DNA from: Octopus sinensis
Taxonomy: Eukaryota
Assembly (NCBI RefSeq): GCF_006345805.1
Contig: NC_043007.1
Location: 22,320,001-22,384,000 of the forward strand
DNA length: 64,000 nt
Reading direction: 5' to 3'
Part shown: piece after piece, positions 13,517-26,025 of the stretch
Position numbering within the stretch: the first letter of the stretch is position 1
Layout of the letters: each line of letters starts with the position of its first letter
The notes under the pieces: generated by a model
What the model saw: only the letters and a program-made list of their open reading frames with translations
What the model was told of the DNA's origin: nothing
Database searches by the model: none
Translations under genes and position numbers: made by a program

Positions 13517-15099
13517 GCAGTGGATATATCAACAGTAAATCAACTATTTCTCCCTAGATTGAGAAAATGGCGAAGAGCCTTAATCGATTTTCGAGCCTTA
13601 TTGAGGTCTTATCAGTGATGTCTGCATCAATTTGACCAAACTCAAAGAAACAAGCAGCAAATCAGTTTATATATTCAAAGAAATCCAATCACTGGAGTTA
13701 CTAATTTGCATATTGTAAGTGTCAACACTTTCTTTGATATCAGTGGCCTGTCAACGGGGATCTCAGTCCAGACAGTATCAAGGTATGATATGATATATGT
13801 TACCTATTTAGTAGACATTGTGGAGGTGCATGGCCTAGTGGTGAGGTGTGTTGCACTCATGACTGAGATCATGGCGTTGATTTCCAGACCAGCTGTGTGT
13901 TGTGTTCTTGAGCAAAACACTTCATTTTGTGTTGCTCCACTTGAACTCCTCTGTAAATAGGTAACCCTGCAATGGAATAGTCTTCTGATCAGGGGAGATG
14001 TTGGCCTACTTGCCTAGCCAGTGGGGCGGTATTGTTTGAAAGCTAAAAAAGCTAAAAAATAATGCAAAGTGCATTGTGACTAGCAATGTATAATAACGTC
14101 TGATAGTTTGGACAATATTGTGATCCCATGATGTAGTAGACATATAAACAGGGAAAATTTAACCATTTCTCTATAGATTGAGAAAGAAAAAAAAAGACAT
14201 TATGATAAAAATTAACCTTAGAAATGCAAATGTAATTATTTTCTATGTCTAACAATAAAAAAAAAAAATCAGATCAAAATTGCCTTTAGACACCATGGTA
14301 ACCAAATCATTCTGGATAATTGTTTCAAAAGATCAAAATAGTAAAATAATTTCCTTTTCATTTGCTATGTTGCAAAATTTCGCAGACAAAATAACGAAGG
14401 AGTTGCATGAAAAATTGATACTGTACAAGCTACTATCCCCAACACAATTTATAGACACACACATGTATTTATATTTGTATATATATATACATGTGTATGT
14501 GTGTGTATGTGTACTATTTATTAAAGTAAAAAAAAATCTTCACAAAGTGTTACCCAGTTTCACATGACCATTTGTCAAACAGTTTTAATAATACTCACAA
14601 CTGTCTGACAAATGGTCACTTGAAACTCTGAGTAACAGTTAGTGAAGATTTTTGTTACCTTAATAAATAATATATTAACCCTTTCGTTACCAACCCCGCT
14701 GAAACTGGCTCTGAATACAAATATCTCGTTTTCCTAAGTTTTGAATTAAAATCTTCCACCAAACCTTAGTCACAATTTATGTTCCTAACACTAGCTGAAT
14801 GATAACTAAGTTATTTTACTAAATTCTTTGTTATATTTAAAATTAATTGAAAGAAACACAGCATCCCAAAATAAATACAATAACAAAAGGGTTAATCTAT
14901 CTTTGGTATTCAAGTACTATATTTTCCACCTTGTTTTGCATCTATATGCTTGCTTGTATGTGTGTGAGTTTGTATGTATATATTCAAGTTGATATTTGAA
15001 AGACAAATATAAAATTTCTGTTTAGTCTTTTCCCAAAATAGAGTTGCACATCATGAGCAATGTGAACTAACTACAAGTTAGGGCAACAGTTTAACTTAC

Positions 15100-15137
15100 G
15101 AAGCTGTTCTGACGTAATTTACAAAGCTCTTGATAAC
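15100..15137 (-). CDS. Candidate second exon of the same gene (C-YQELCKLRQNSF)
   Basis: Acceptor ttattattgttag|, donor |gtaagt; phase fits the 16584 donor with an open frame. Confidence 0.35.
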
Positions 15138-15469
15138 CTAACAATAATAATAATTAACAAGAAGAAGACGAAGAAGAAAAACAGGGATTCCATCGTGGTC
15201 TAGCTCTTACAGTGATGCAATGAGCAGCATCTGGTGAAGTGGTGGCTGCGAAGAGTGTTCTAACACCTACTGTATTTGGTGTGTAGCATGTTATGTTAGA
15301 CGTTGTATAGTTTATGTATGTGTGTATGTATATATTATATTGTGTGTTTATGGGAATACATATGCATATATGTCTATACATATATGCATATAATGTATGT
15401 TTATGTTATGTGAATACATACATATATATATATTTATATATACATATGCAATAAGTATGTATGTATGTG

Positions 15470-15705
15470 ATGTGGTGGACAACGAAAAACCTGGCTGATG
15501 ACAGTCAAGGCTGATCTGGAACCCAACCTAGGCCCCATGTCTACGGCGTTCGCCGCTGGAATAAGGAGTGGTTGGAGATCACGTGGTCGTTAGGCTCAAA
15601 TCGCCAGGCCTGGTCGGCGTTTGTGAGAGATGCAGCATTGAGGATGAATGAAGCCAGCTCAACCCACCCCGGGGTGACTGCTGTAAGAAGAAGATGATGT
15701 ATGCA
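15470..15705 (+). mobile_element. Decayed RTE-type LINE 3' end
   Basis: GQRKTWLMTVKADLEP and RQAWSAFVRDA-like translation plus a short tandem tail. Confidence 0.65.
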
Positions 15706-16583
15706 CGTGCATCTGTATATTAACAGTTTGATACAGAAAGACAAAAGTCAGGCAGAAGTAAGGAAAAACATTCCTAATTGTTTGGTTGCCTGATGAGAAA
15801 CAGGTGTCTGAACAACGAGGCATGTTTTGCTCACCTCTGTGAAACCAAATGTGATTCTGAGATTAACAGTTAGCACAAATATATATTGCTGCAGGGAGAT
15901 TGTCTCCCTTGTCAGTTTTTTTGTTTTTTTTTGCTTTTGATAAGTGCTTCCCTGTGGCTAAGAGTTGTTCTGGTTCTTATTCATAGCAATTATGGTGCCG
16001 ACATGCACCCACAATCACTTCAGTGTCATTTAAACTTGTGCCTTTTGGTTGTAAATTGTGAATAAGCTACCTTAGTAATTTATAAACATACATACATATA
16101 CATAAATTTAATGGTCATCGACAAATTTTTTGTTTTGGCGTATCTGGCATTAGAATTTTTCTTCTGCCCTTATCTTGTAAATTATGTATAAATTTTACCT
16201 TTAAAGGCATTTTTTGATATGCTGGCCATTGATAAAATTTTTTTCCCGAAAAAATTTTATCCTATATCAATTATACATAAATATATATATATTATGTAAA
16301 ATTAATTTGTGGTGTCATTAATACTATTATTATCCAATGTAACTATTTTTAAAATGATAATAACAGAATCAATGACACAGGTGATAGCAGGCCAAAAAAT
16401 AGCATTAAATAGCCGACCGATTAAAATTAATCAAAGAACAGTAAGTATGTCTACCTGCTGGAAATAACAGTCAAAACTCTTATTAAATCGCCAAAAATAC
16501 ACTGATGATAACTACAGAAATCAAACGAAGGCAAAATCAGGTTAAGACAATCTACTAACAAACATTTAAGTATCTGGACTCAC

Positions 16584-16641
16584 ATGGACCGGTTTCTGCA
16601 CTGGCAAAATAAGCCTTAGCTTCTTCAGCACGCGTTGCCAT
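16584..16641 (-). CDS. Candidate first exon of an unidentified gene (MATRAEEAKAYFASAETGP, phase 1)
   Basis: aatcATGG context, donor T|gtgagt, locally CpG-containing unique sequence; no recognised homology. Confidence 0.45.
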
Positions 16642-17219
16642 GATTAGAGATTCCCAACCCATCGTTTAGAAGTCTGGGCTGCAACTGGTTCATTTTGCGC
16701 CGAAATCACAGCAGCCACCAGTGTGAAAATAATCTCGATACAATTTGCGAGAAAAATAATTCACCAAAAATTAATTTGCGAAGGTGTCATTAATCCTATT
16801 ATTATCCAATGTAACTATTTTAAAAATGATAATAACAGGTGATTTGATAAGAGTTTTGACTGTTATTTCAAGCAGGTAGACATACCTACTAAGTCCTTTG
16901 ACTAATTTTATATATATTATGTATATATATATTGGTTGAATCAGTTTCTTGATGCTCTGAGTTTCACCTGGGGGTGCACAGGGCCTTCAGGCAAGGGATG
17001 AGTTGTAATTTGCTTCAAGACCCTCTGCACCCACAGGAAAAACTCAGAGAAGCAAGAGAATGGTTGAACCAAACGATAAAAATATTATAATATTTACTAT
17101 GGTATCAAGTACTCTTACGTCTGTATGCGTGTGTGCATATATATATATGTATGTACGTGTATATGTGTGTGTGTGTATATATATATATATAAAGAGAGAG
17201 AGAGAGAAGCATATATGTT

Positions 17220-17254
<35 letters not shown>

Positions 17255-17450
17255 TCGCATTTATATGTATGCATATATACACACACATACGCATATATAC
17301 ACATATATATATATGTATATATACACACATATATATGTATACATACATGCATCCTCATTTAGCGTCCGTTTTCCATGCTAGCATGGGTTACATGCATATA
17401 TATGTATATCTACATGCATATATATGTATATCTACATGCCTATGTATATG

Positions 17451-17505
<55 letters not shown>

Positions 17506-18264
17506 GTATATATGTGTATGTATGTATATACGCATATATATGTATATGTGAGTGTGTGTATATGTATGTACAGACACATACACACACACACAGACACGCA
17601 TGTGGGCGGTTGTATCGAGTGCTCTTGTCTTTTGTTTGAGTGCTTACTTGTGTGTGTGTATGTGTGTGTTTGCAGAGAAAGGGAAGTGTTTCTGCAAACG
17701 AACAGGTTTCTACATATGCCGGTTTGTATGTGCAAGAGGATTGGATGGGGGTCGTCTGAGTAGCAATAATAGTAAAGGAACTTTTACCAGAACTAAGCGA
17801 TATAGGTACAATAAATACAATGTATAAAGAATACTTTAGAAGCCAGTTGGATCATACAAAATAATAATAATAATGATAATAATAATAGTAGCAGTAATAG
17901 TAGTAGTAGTAGTAGTACTAGTAGAAGTAGTAGTAGTAGTAGCAGTAGTTGTAATGATAATAATATTTCATCTAGACACAACACTTCAGATTTAGGCTCA
18001 GATGTAAGCACAGTAATAGAAATTTTAGCGTTCATACCTTTCTTCTTGAGGGCATTAGCAACGCAAGCAAAGCAGAGCAATTCCAATGAGATAGAAATGA
18101 ATTTAAAAAAAAAAAAAAATTAAAAAAAAAAATCAATTCACATGCTAGTCTCCGCGTAATGGGACTAGCATCACCACCTCACCTCACCCCACCCCACCAT
18201 GCCACAACATTGACAAATACAATTATAATAATAATATTAATAATAACAACAACAACAATAATGA

Positions 18265-20030
18265 TAATCCTTTCTACTGAAGGCATAAGGCCTTGAAATT
18301 TTGGGGGAGGGGACTAGTCGATCATATCGACCCCGGTGTTTCACTGGTACTTAATTTATCAGCCCCAAAAGGATGAAAGGCAAAGTTGACCTTGGTGGAA
18401 TTTGAACTCAGAACATAAAGACAGATGAAATGCCAGTAAGCATTTTTGCCTGGTGTGCTAACGGTTCTGCCAGATCGCTGCCTTAATAATAATAATAATA
18501 ATAATAATAATGATCCTTTCTACTACAGGCACAAGGCCTAAAATTCGGGGAAGGGGGATAGTTGATTACATCGACCCCTGTACTCAACTGGTACTTAATT
18601 TATCAAGCCCGAAAGGATGAAAGGCAAAGTCAACCTTGGCTGAATTTGATCTTAGAACATCAAGACAGACGAAATACCTCGAAGCATTCTGCCTGGCAAG
18701 CTAACAGTTCTGTCAGCCTGCCGCCTTAATAATAATAATAATAATAATAACAATAACAATAATAATAATAATAATCCTTTCTAATAAAGGCACAAGGCCT
18801 GAAATTGCAGGGAGAAGAGGCTAGTTGATGCCATCAATCCCAGGGTTTCACTGGTATCTGTTTTATCGAACCTGAGCTGAAACCAGCTCTGGCTCTGTAG
18901 TATAAATGTTTTGTTTTCATAAGTTTCAAATCTTCCACCTAAACCTTAGTCACAATTTATGTTCCTAACACTAGCTGAATGATAACTAAGTTATTTGACT
19001 AAATTCTTTGTTATATTCGAAGTAATTGAAAGAAACACAAAGCATCTCAAAATAAACATGGTAAAGAAAGGGTTAATAATAATAATAATAATAATAATAA
19101 CAATAATAATCCTTTCTACTATAGGCACAAGGCCTGAAATTTTTGGGGAGGGAGCTAATTGATTACATCGACCCCAGTGTTCAACTGGTACTTATTTCAT
19201 CAACCCTGAAAGATAAATATTAATATTAATAACGACAATAATAATAATATTAATAATAATAATAATAATAATGATAATCCTATATTGTGAGGTGGGGGGG
19301 CACACAGCCAATACCAAAGATTTGATTATAAAAACCCTGTATGGCATGTAAGAAAAAAAAAATCAAAACCACATGTAAGCTGAAAGCCAATACCATAATA
19401 ATAATGATAATAATAATAATCTTTTCTACTATAGACACAATGTCTGGAATTTGGGGGGAAGGGACTAGTCGATTACATCAACTCCAGTGCTCAACTGGTA
19501 CTTAGTTTATCGACCCTGAAAGGATGAAAGACAAAGTCGACTTCGGTGGAATTTGAACCCAGAATGTAAAGAAAGACAAAATACCACAAAGCATTTTGCC
19601 CTGTGTGCTAACAGTTCTGCCAGTTCACTGCCTTTAATAATAATAATAATAATAATAATAATGATAATAATAATAATAATGATAAAGATGATGATAATGA
19701 TGATTCATAAGGGAGGCACATGGCCACATTCATAAGGGAGGCACATGGCCACATTCATAAGGGAGACACATGGCCACATTCATAAGGGAGGCACATGGCC
19801 ACATTCATAAGGGAGGCACACGGCCACAAGTTGTAAGTGGGGAGAGTGTAGTTGATTATGTCGTTATTAGTACTTGACTGGTACATCCTTTTTCTTTTTT
19901 TATGGACTTCCCCACCCCCCGACCCCCTGAATGAAAGGCAAAGTTGATCTTGGCGGGATTTGAACTCGGAACATACAGAGAATGTGACTAAATAGCACGA
20001 GGCGCTTTTAGCCTGCTGCTCAACTGGGTT
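18265..20030 (-). mobile_element. Cluster of about 6 same-orientation SINE copies separated by (AAT)n
   Basis: Repeated atcctttctact...gaaaggatgaaaggcaaagt...ctgccttaataataat units. Confidence 0.8.
19703..19827. repeat. Minisatellite, 5 x 25 bp (attcataagggaggcacatggccac)
   Basis: Five near-identical units. Confidence 0.95.
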
Positions 20031-21849
20031 CTGCCTAAAATAGATAAATAAATAATAAAACGATAAAGAGAATAAACACAGTGAAAATATATATATAGTT
20101 TTCCAGTTTGCATTGGAGACCAAGGCACAGTAGCAGGCTATTACAGTAGCAGGCTATTTTTGTCATCAACAACCACAACATTTAAACGAAAGCAGCTTGT
20201 GCAGAGAAGTGGAGGACCAGTGTGGTAACACTATTAATAAAACCAAACAGCAATGATATGTCTCAAAGCAATATTTTTTGTTTTCTTTCTTTCATTTGTT
20301 TAAGGGAAGAGAGTGGGCATCTTCTCACTAAAGCAGAGCGGTGAGAAATTTTCATTGTTTTGTTAGGAAGGGTTGGTGAAAACATTTTTTCGCCTCACCA
20401 GATGGCCAAAGGGTTACATTTTGTAAGTTTCGCTTTTGTTTATCTCGAAAATAAATAAATTAAATAAAAAAAAAAGGGTCATAAAATCAATAAATAATTT
20501 TTTTTGTTTTTTTTTCAAAAATGCTTATCAATGAAAAGCTGTGTATATGTATGTATGTATGTGTGTGTGTATGTATATGTGTGTGTGAGTTAGTGTGTGG
20601 ATGGAGCTGGACTGAGCAGCAGGAATTAAGACGGAGTTAAACTGTTGACCGTGTTGCAGTTACATGACATAAAGTTTTAAAGTTAGTGGGGCAGAGAGAG
20701 AGAGAGGGAGAGAGAGAAAGAGAGAGAGAAGAGGGAGAGTTAGTGAGAGAAGAGATGGCTTGTGTGTGACTGGAAGGGAAAAACAGGCAGAGATATGGAA
20801 CAAGGAAGGAGAGAGAAAACCAGAAAAAGATCTGAGAAAGGGGAACAGAAAATAGATGGGAAAGAAGTAACGGGCTTTTAGGAGAGAGACAGAGAGAAAG
20901 AAAGAAAAAGAGAAAGAAAAAGAGAGAGAGAGAGAGAGAGGTGAGTGAGCAAGGGTGTTAAATGTGAAACTTGAGAGAGATGAGAACATTATTGATGTCA
21001 GATTATTTAAATTCATATTGTATGTACGAGTGTGATATTGTACAGTTTATAAATTGTGATAATGAAGGCTTTATCATGTGAAATCACATAGAGCTTAGTG
21101 TGATACTTTCAGTAATAACATCGGGTGTGATAATGTTCGCTTTACGGTGTGTGATAATATAAGGGATTACACAGTGTGTATTATATATACTGCAGGCCTC
21201 ACTGTCCAATAAAATAGGCTTTATACTGAGTGTATGTGTGTGTGTGATAACACCAAGTCGACAGAGTGCAGGGTGGCTGGGACAAGTGTAGTGCAATAAC
21301 ATTAGATTAACAAAGTGTGATAACTCTGGGTCAACAAGGTGTGATAACTCTGGGTCAACAAAGTGTGATAACGTCGTGTCAGCGGTGTGATAATGCCGAG
21401 TAAAACACCATGATAATGTGGAATTTACAGAGTGTGATAAATGTCGCGTTGAAGAGCTTGGTAAGGTGGACTTGTAAGCAAACGGTAGGAAAAGAAAAGA
21501 GGGTGAAATGAAGGGAATATAAAACGAAGTAGGAAGACAGAAAAGAAAAGGAAGAGAGAGGAAGAAACAGAATGATGAAGCAGAGTAGCAGCAAAAAAGA
21601 AAAAGAAAAACAATGGGAGAAGGAGAGGGGCGGTTAGAGTTGAATCAACAATATTGCTAATTAGTTATGGTCAAAATCTTGTATTGTGGACCGTTTTGAA
21701 ATTAGGGAAACAGGGAACACAGAAAGGGAAATACATATTACCTTTTCTGAGTGAGAGAAAGAGGAAAATAAAATACGGATGGATAGATTGGAAGAAAACA
21801 GATATAGAGACAAAGTATATACACACTCACATTATACCACACACACAAC

Positions 21850-21886
21850 GTGCATATATATATACATATATATATTTTGTATATAT

Positions 21887-21950
<64 letters not shown>

Positions 21951-21972
21951 CATATATATATTTATGTATATA

Positions 21973-22014
<42 letters not shown>

Positions 22015-22075
22015 TATATATATTATGTATATATACATATATATATAAATATATTGTATATATACAATATAGCTT

Positions 22076-22112
<37 letters not shown>

Positions 22113-22491
22113 GTATATATATATACATATAATATATATTTATGTATATAATACATATATATATTTATGTATATATATAATGTATATATATTATATTTGT
22201 ATATATATATACATATATATTTATGTATATATATATATGTATATATATATTTATGTATATATATATACATATATATTTATGTATATATATATACATATAT
22301 TATGTATCTATATACATATATATATTATGTATATATATATATACCTATATAATTTATGTATATATTATACACATATATTTATGTATATATATATACACAT
22401 ATATATTTTATGTATAATATATACATATATATATTTATGTATATATATATACAATATATAATAGTATATATATATACATATATATATTTAG

Positions 22492-22526
<35 letters not shown>

Positions 22527-22690
22527 TTATTTATATATATATATTATATATATTATATATATGTGTATGTTATATATATATAAATATATATATATGTACA
22601 TATATATATATAAATATATATATATGTACATATATATATATATAAATATATATATATGTACATATATATATATGTATGTATGTATGTAGA
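21850..22690. repeat. Compound (AT)n-rich microsatellite
   Basis: Direct inspection. Confidence 0.98.
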
Positions 22691-22996
22691 GAGAGAGTGA
22701 GGGGAGGATTGAGAAAACACATCAAGTTTGTCAGCAGATAGAAAAATTGGATGTTAGTGGTGGGAGTTTTGGGGGGAAAACATGGACAATGCCAGCGTTA
22801 AATCATTGGCTGAGTTTTTAGTCTGCAAGAAGTGATCTTCTGCAAGAGAGAGAGAGAGAGCAGAGATGAAGCAAATGGTGTGGAATGATAAATCACACAA
22901 AAAAAGGGTGTGTTTCGAAGTTTTGACCAATTGCAATGACAGAATTCTTCTTCGTAGGTGGATTGGATTTGTGAGGTTTGGCGAAGGGTTTCAAGT

Positions 22997-23002
22997 TTTA
23001 TT
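22997..23002 (-). promoter_or_regulatory. Candidate polyadenylation signal (AATAAA) of TBC1D7
   Basis: First AATAAA noticed on the minus strand, about 95 nt after the stop codon; use not verifiable. Confidence 0.3.
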
Positions 23003-23096
23003 TTCTCTCTAGAAATTTCAGCAAAAATGCAGCAGTAGGTAGGCGAGGAGCTTTTCTGTCAATTGCACAACATTTTGTGTGTCAAGTTCGATGAGT

Positions 23097-23165
23097 TCAA
23101 GTACTGTATTTCTGAAACAGGCTCAATGCTTTGTTTACCAACACATCACCACTGTTGACTGAGAT
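23097..23165 (-). CDS. TBC1D7: TBC1D7 coding exon 6 ([22 protein letters not shown]-stop)
   Basis: Strong acceptor tttgtttgtttctccag|; matches human IPQDSSDAIVSKAIDLWHK; ends in TGA. Confidence 0.88.
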   Translation of the reverse strand: MSVNSGDVLVNKALSLFQKYST

Positions 23166-23189
23166 CTGGAGAAACAAACAAACATATAA

Positions 23190-23234
<45 letters not shown>

Positions 23235-24841
23235 CTAATGTAGGATAAAATTTTTTTCGAAAAAAAATTCTTTTCGAAAAAAATTTTATCAATGGCCAGC
23301 ATATTAAAAAATACCTTTAAAGGTTAAATTTCGTTTGCCCTTATTTATAAATTGTATATATATATACATATATCATCATCATCATCATCATCATCATTTA
23401 GCGTCCGTTTTCCATGCTAGCATGGGTTGGACGGTTCAACTGGGGTCTGGGGAGCCCGAAGGCTGCACCAGGCCAGTCAGATCTGGCAGTGTTTCTACAG
23501 CTGGATGCCCTTCCTAACGCCAACCACTCCGAGAGTGTAGTGGGTGATTTTATGTGCCACTGACACAGGTGCCAGACTAGGCTGGCGAACGGCCACGCTC
23601 GGATGGTGTTTTTATGTGCCACCGACACAGGTGCCAGACGAGGCTGGCAGACGGCCACGCTCGGATGGTGTTTTTATGTGCCACCGACACAGGTGCCAGA
23701 TGAGGCTGGCGGACGGCCACGATCGGATGGTGTTTGTTACGTCCCCAAAGCACGGAGGCCAGTCTATGCGGTACTGGCTACGGCCACGTTCGGATGATTT
23801 TCTTGTGTGCCACCGGCACTGGTACCACAAAGATACAAATTCCATTGATGTTCATCTATTTTGATGGTTTTGATTTGATTTTCACTTGCCTCAACAGGTC
23901 TTCACAAGTGTCACAAGAAGGAAGGTATGCACAGGTGGACTGACTACGTCCCAGGTAGGGGCCACGGGTTATGGCCTGACTAGTCTTGCCGGGTTCGGGA
24001 TGGTGTTTTTATGTGCCACCGACACAGGTGCCAGATGAGGCTGGCGAACAGCCACGATCGGATGGTGTTTGTTGCGTGCCCACAGCACGGAGGCCAGTCG
24101 ATGCGGTACTGGCTACGGCCACGTTCGGATGGTTTCTTTGTGTGCCACCGGCACTGGTACCACAAAGATACAATTCCATTGATGTTCATCTATTTTGATT
24201 TGATTTGATTTGATTTTCACTTGCATCAACAGGTCTTCACAGGTCTTCACAAGTGTCACAAGAAGGAAGGAAGTATGCACAGGTGGACTGACTACGTCCA
24301 AGTAGGGGCCACGGGTTATGGCCTGACTAGTCTTGCCGGGTCTTCGGTTGGTGTTTTTATGTGCCACCGACACAGGTGCCAGATGAGGGGCTGGCGGACG
24401 GCCACGATCGGATGGTGTTTGTTATGTGCCCACATCACAGGGCCAGTCGATGCGGTACTGGCTACGGCCACGTTCGGATGGTTTTCTTGTGTGCCACCGG
24501 TACTGGTACCACAAAGATACAAATTCCATTGATTGTTCATCTATTTTGATTTGGTTTGATTGATTTGATTTGATTTCACTTGCCTCAACAGGTCTACACA
24601 AGTGTCACACACTTGCTTCAACAGGTCTTCAAGTGTCATAAGTAGGAAGTATGCACAGGTGGACTGACTACGTCGCCGGGTCTTCGGATGGTGTTTTTAT
24701 GTGCCACCGACACAGGTGCCAGATGAGGCTGGCGAACGGCCACGATCGGATGGTTTTCTTGTGTGCCACCGGTACTGGAACCACAAAGATACAAATTCCA
24801 TTGATGTTCATCTATTTTGATTTGGTTTGATTTATATAATG

Positions 24842-24889
<48 letters not shown>

Positions 24890-25460
24890 TGAGGGAATAT
24901 TATTCCAAACTTACAGTGAAAAATTCAATTTAGAAATACTAAATCAAATTTCACAAAATATTATATATATATAAATTAGAAAAAAACCACCTTTTATCAA
25001 TTCAATAATGAAAAATTAAATTATAATCTTATCTTATATTTAATCTTTCTATAATATGTAATTTTCTAGATGGTATAATTTAATTTTTCATTATTGAATG
25101 GATAAAAGGTGTTCTTTTTCTAATTTATATAGATATATATATATATATATATATACATATATAATAATAATAATAATATGAAGGAATATTATTCCAAACT
25201 TACAGCGAAAAATTCAATTTAGAAATACTAAATCAAATTTCACAAAATATAATATATATGTATATAAATTAGAAAAAAAAACACCTTTTATCAATTCAAT
25301 AATGAAAAATTAAATTATAATCTTATCTTATATTTAATCTTTCTATAATATGTAATTTTCTAGATGGTATAATTTAATTTTTCATTATTGAATTGATAAA
25401 AGGTGTTTTTTTTCTAATTTATATATATATATATATATATAGATATATCTATATACACAC

Positions 25461-25491
<31 letters not shown>

Positions 25492-25981
25492 TGAAGGAAT
25501 ATTATTCCAAACTTACAAGGAAAAATTCAATTTAGAAATACTAAATCAAATTTCACAAAATATTATATATATATAAATTAGAAAAAAAAACACCTTTTAT
25601 CAATTCAATAATGAAAAATTAAATTATAATCTTATCTTATATTTAATCTTCTATAATATGTAATTTTCTAGATGGTGTAATTTAATTTTTCATTATTGAA
25701 TTGATAAAAGGTGTTTTTTTTTCTAATTATATATATGTATATATAATAAAAGCAATTAAGATTCAAGTCAATTCCAATGATTTACTGATATAGCAAATCA
25801 AAAGTAAATAAAAAACAGAAAAAAACAACAAAACGAAATTTTACATTAATTACATTTGATGGATATTTGTCCTCATCTTGTTTGTTATTAACAAAACATT
25901 TCAGCTGATAACCCTCCAGCCTTCATCAGGTGTCTTGGGGTAATTTCAAACTGGGTTCTCATTCCTAAGGTATTTTTCCGA

Positions 25982-26025
<44 letters not shown>

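Noticed and set aside
15154-15290. Alternative exon (VRTLFAATTSPDAAHCIT|gtaaga) for the MATRAEE candidate
   Set aside because: Frame-compatible, but the acceptor lacks a pyrimidine tract; cannot be supported without transcripts.
17044-22583. Many Y/I/M/C-rich ORFs (also 6383-6835, 49509-49972, 50631-51627)
   Set aside because: (AT)n/(GT)n microsatellite translations.
23500-24830. Regularly spaced repeats that could look like a CRISPR array
   Set aside because: Eukaryotic context; the spacers are themselves repeated; no cas genes.
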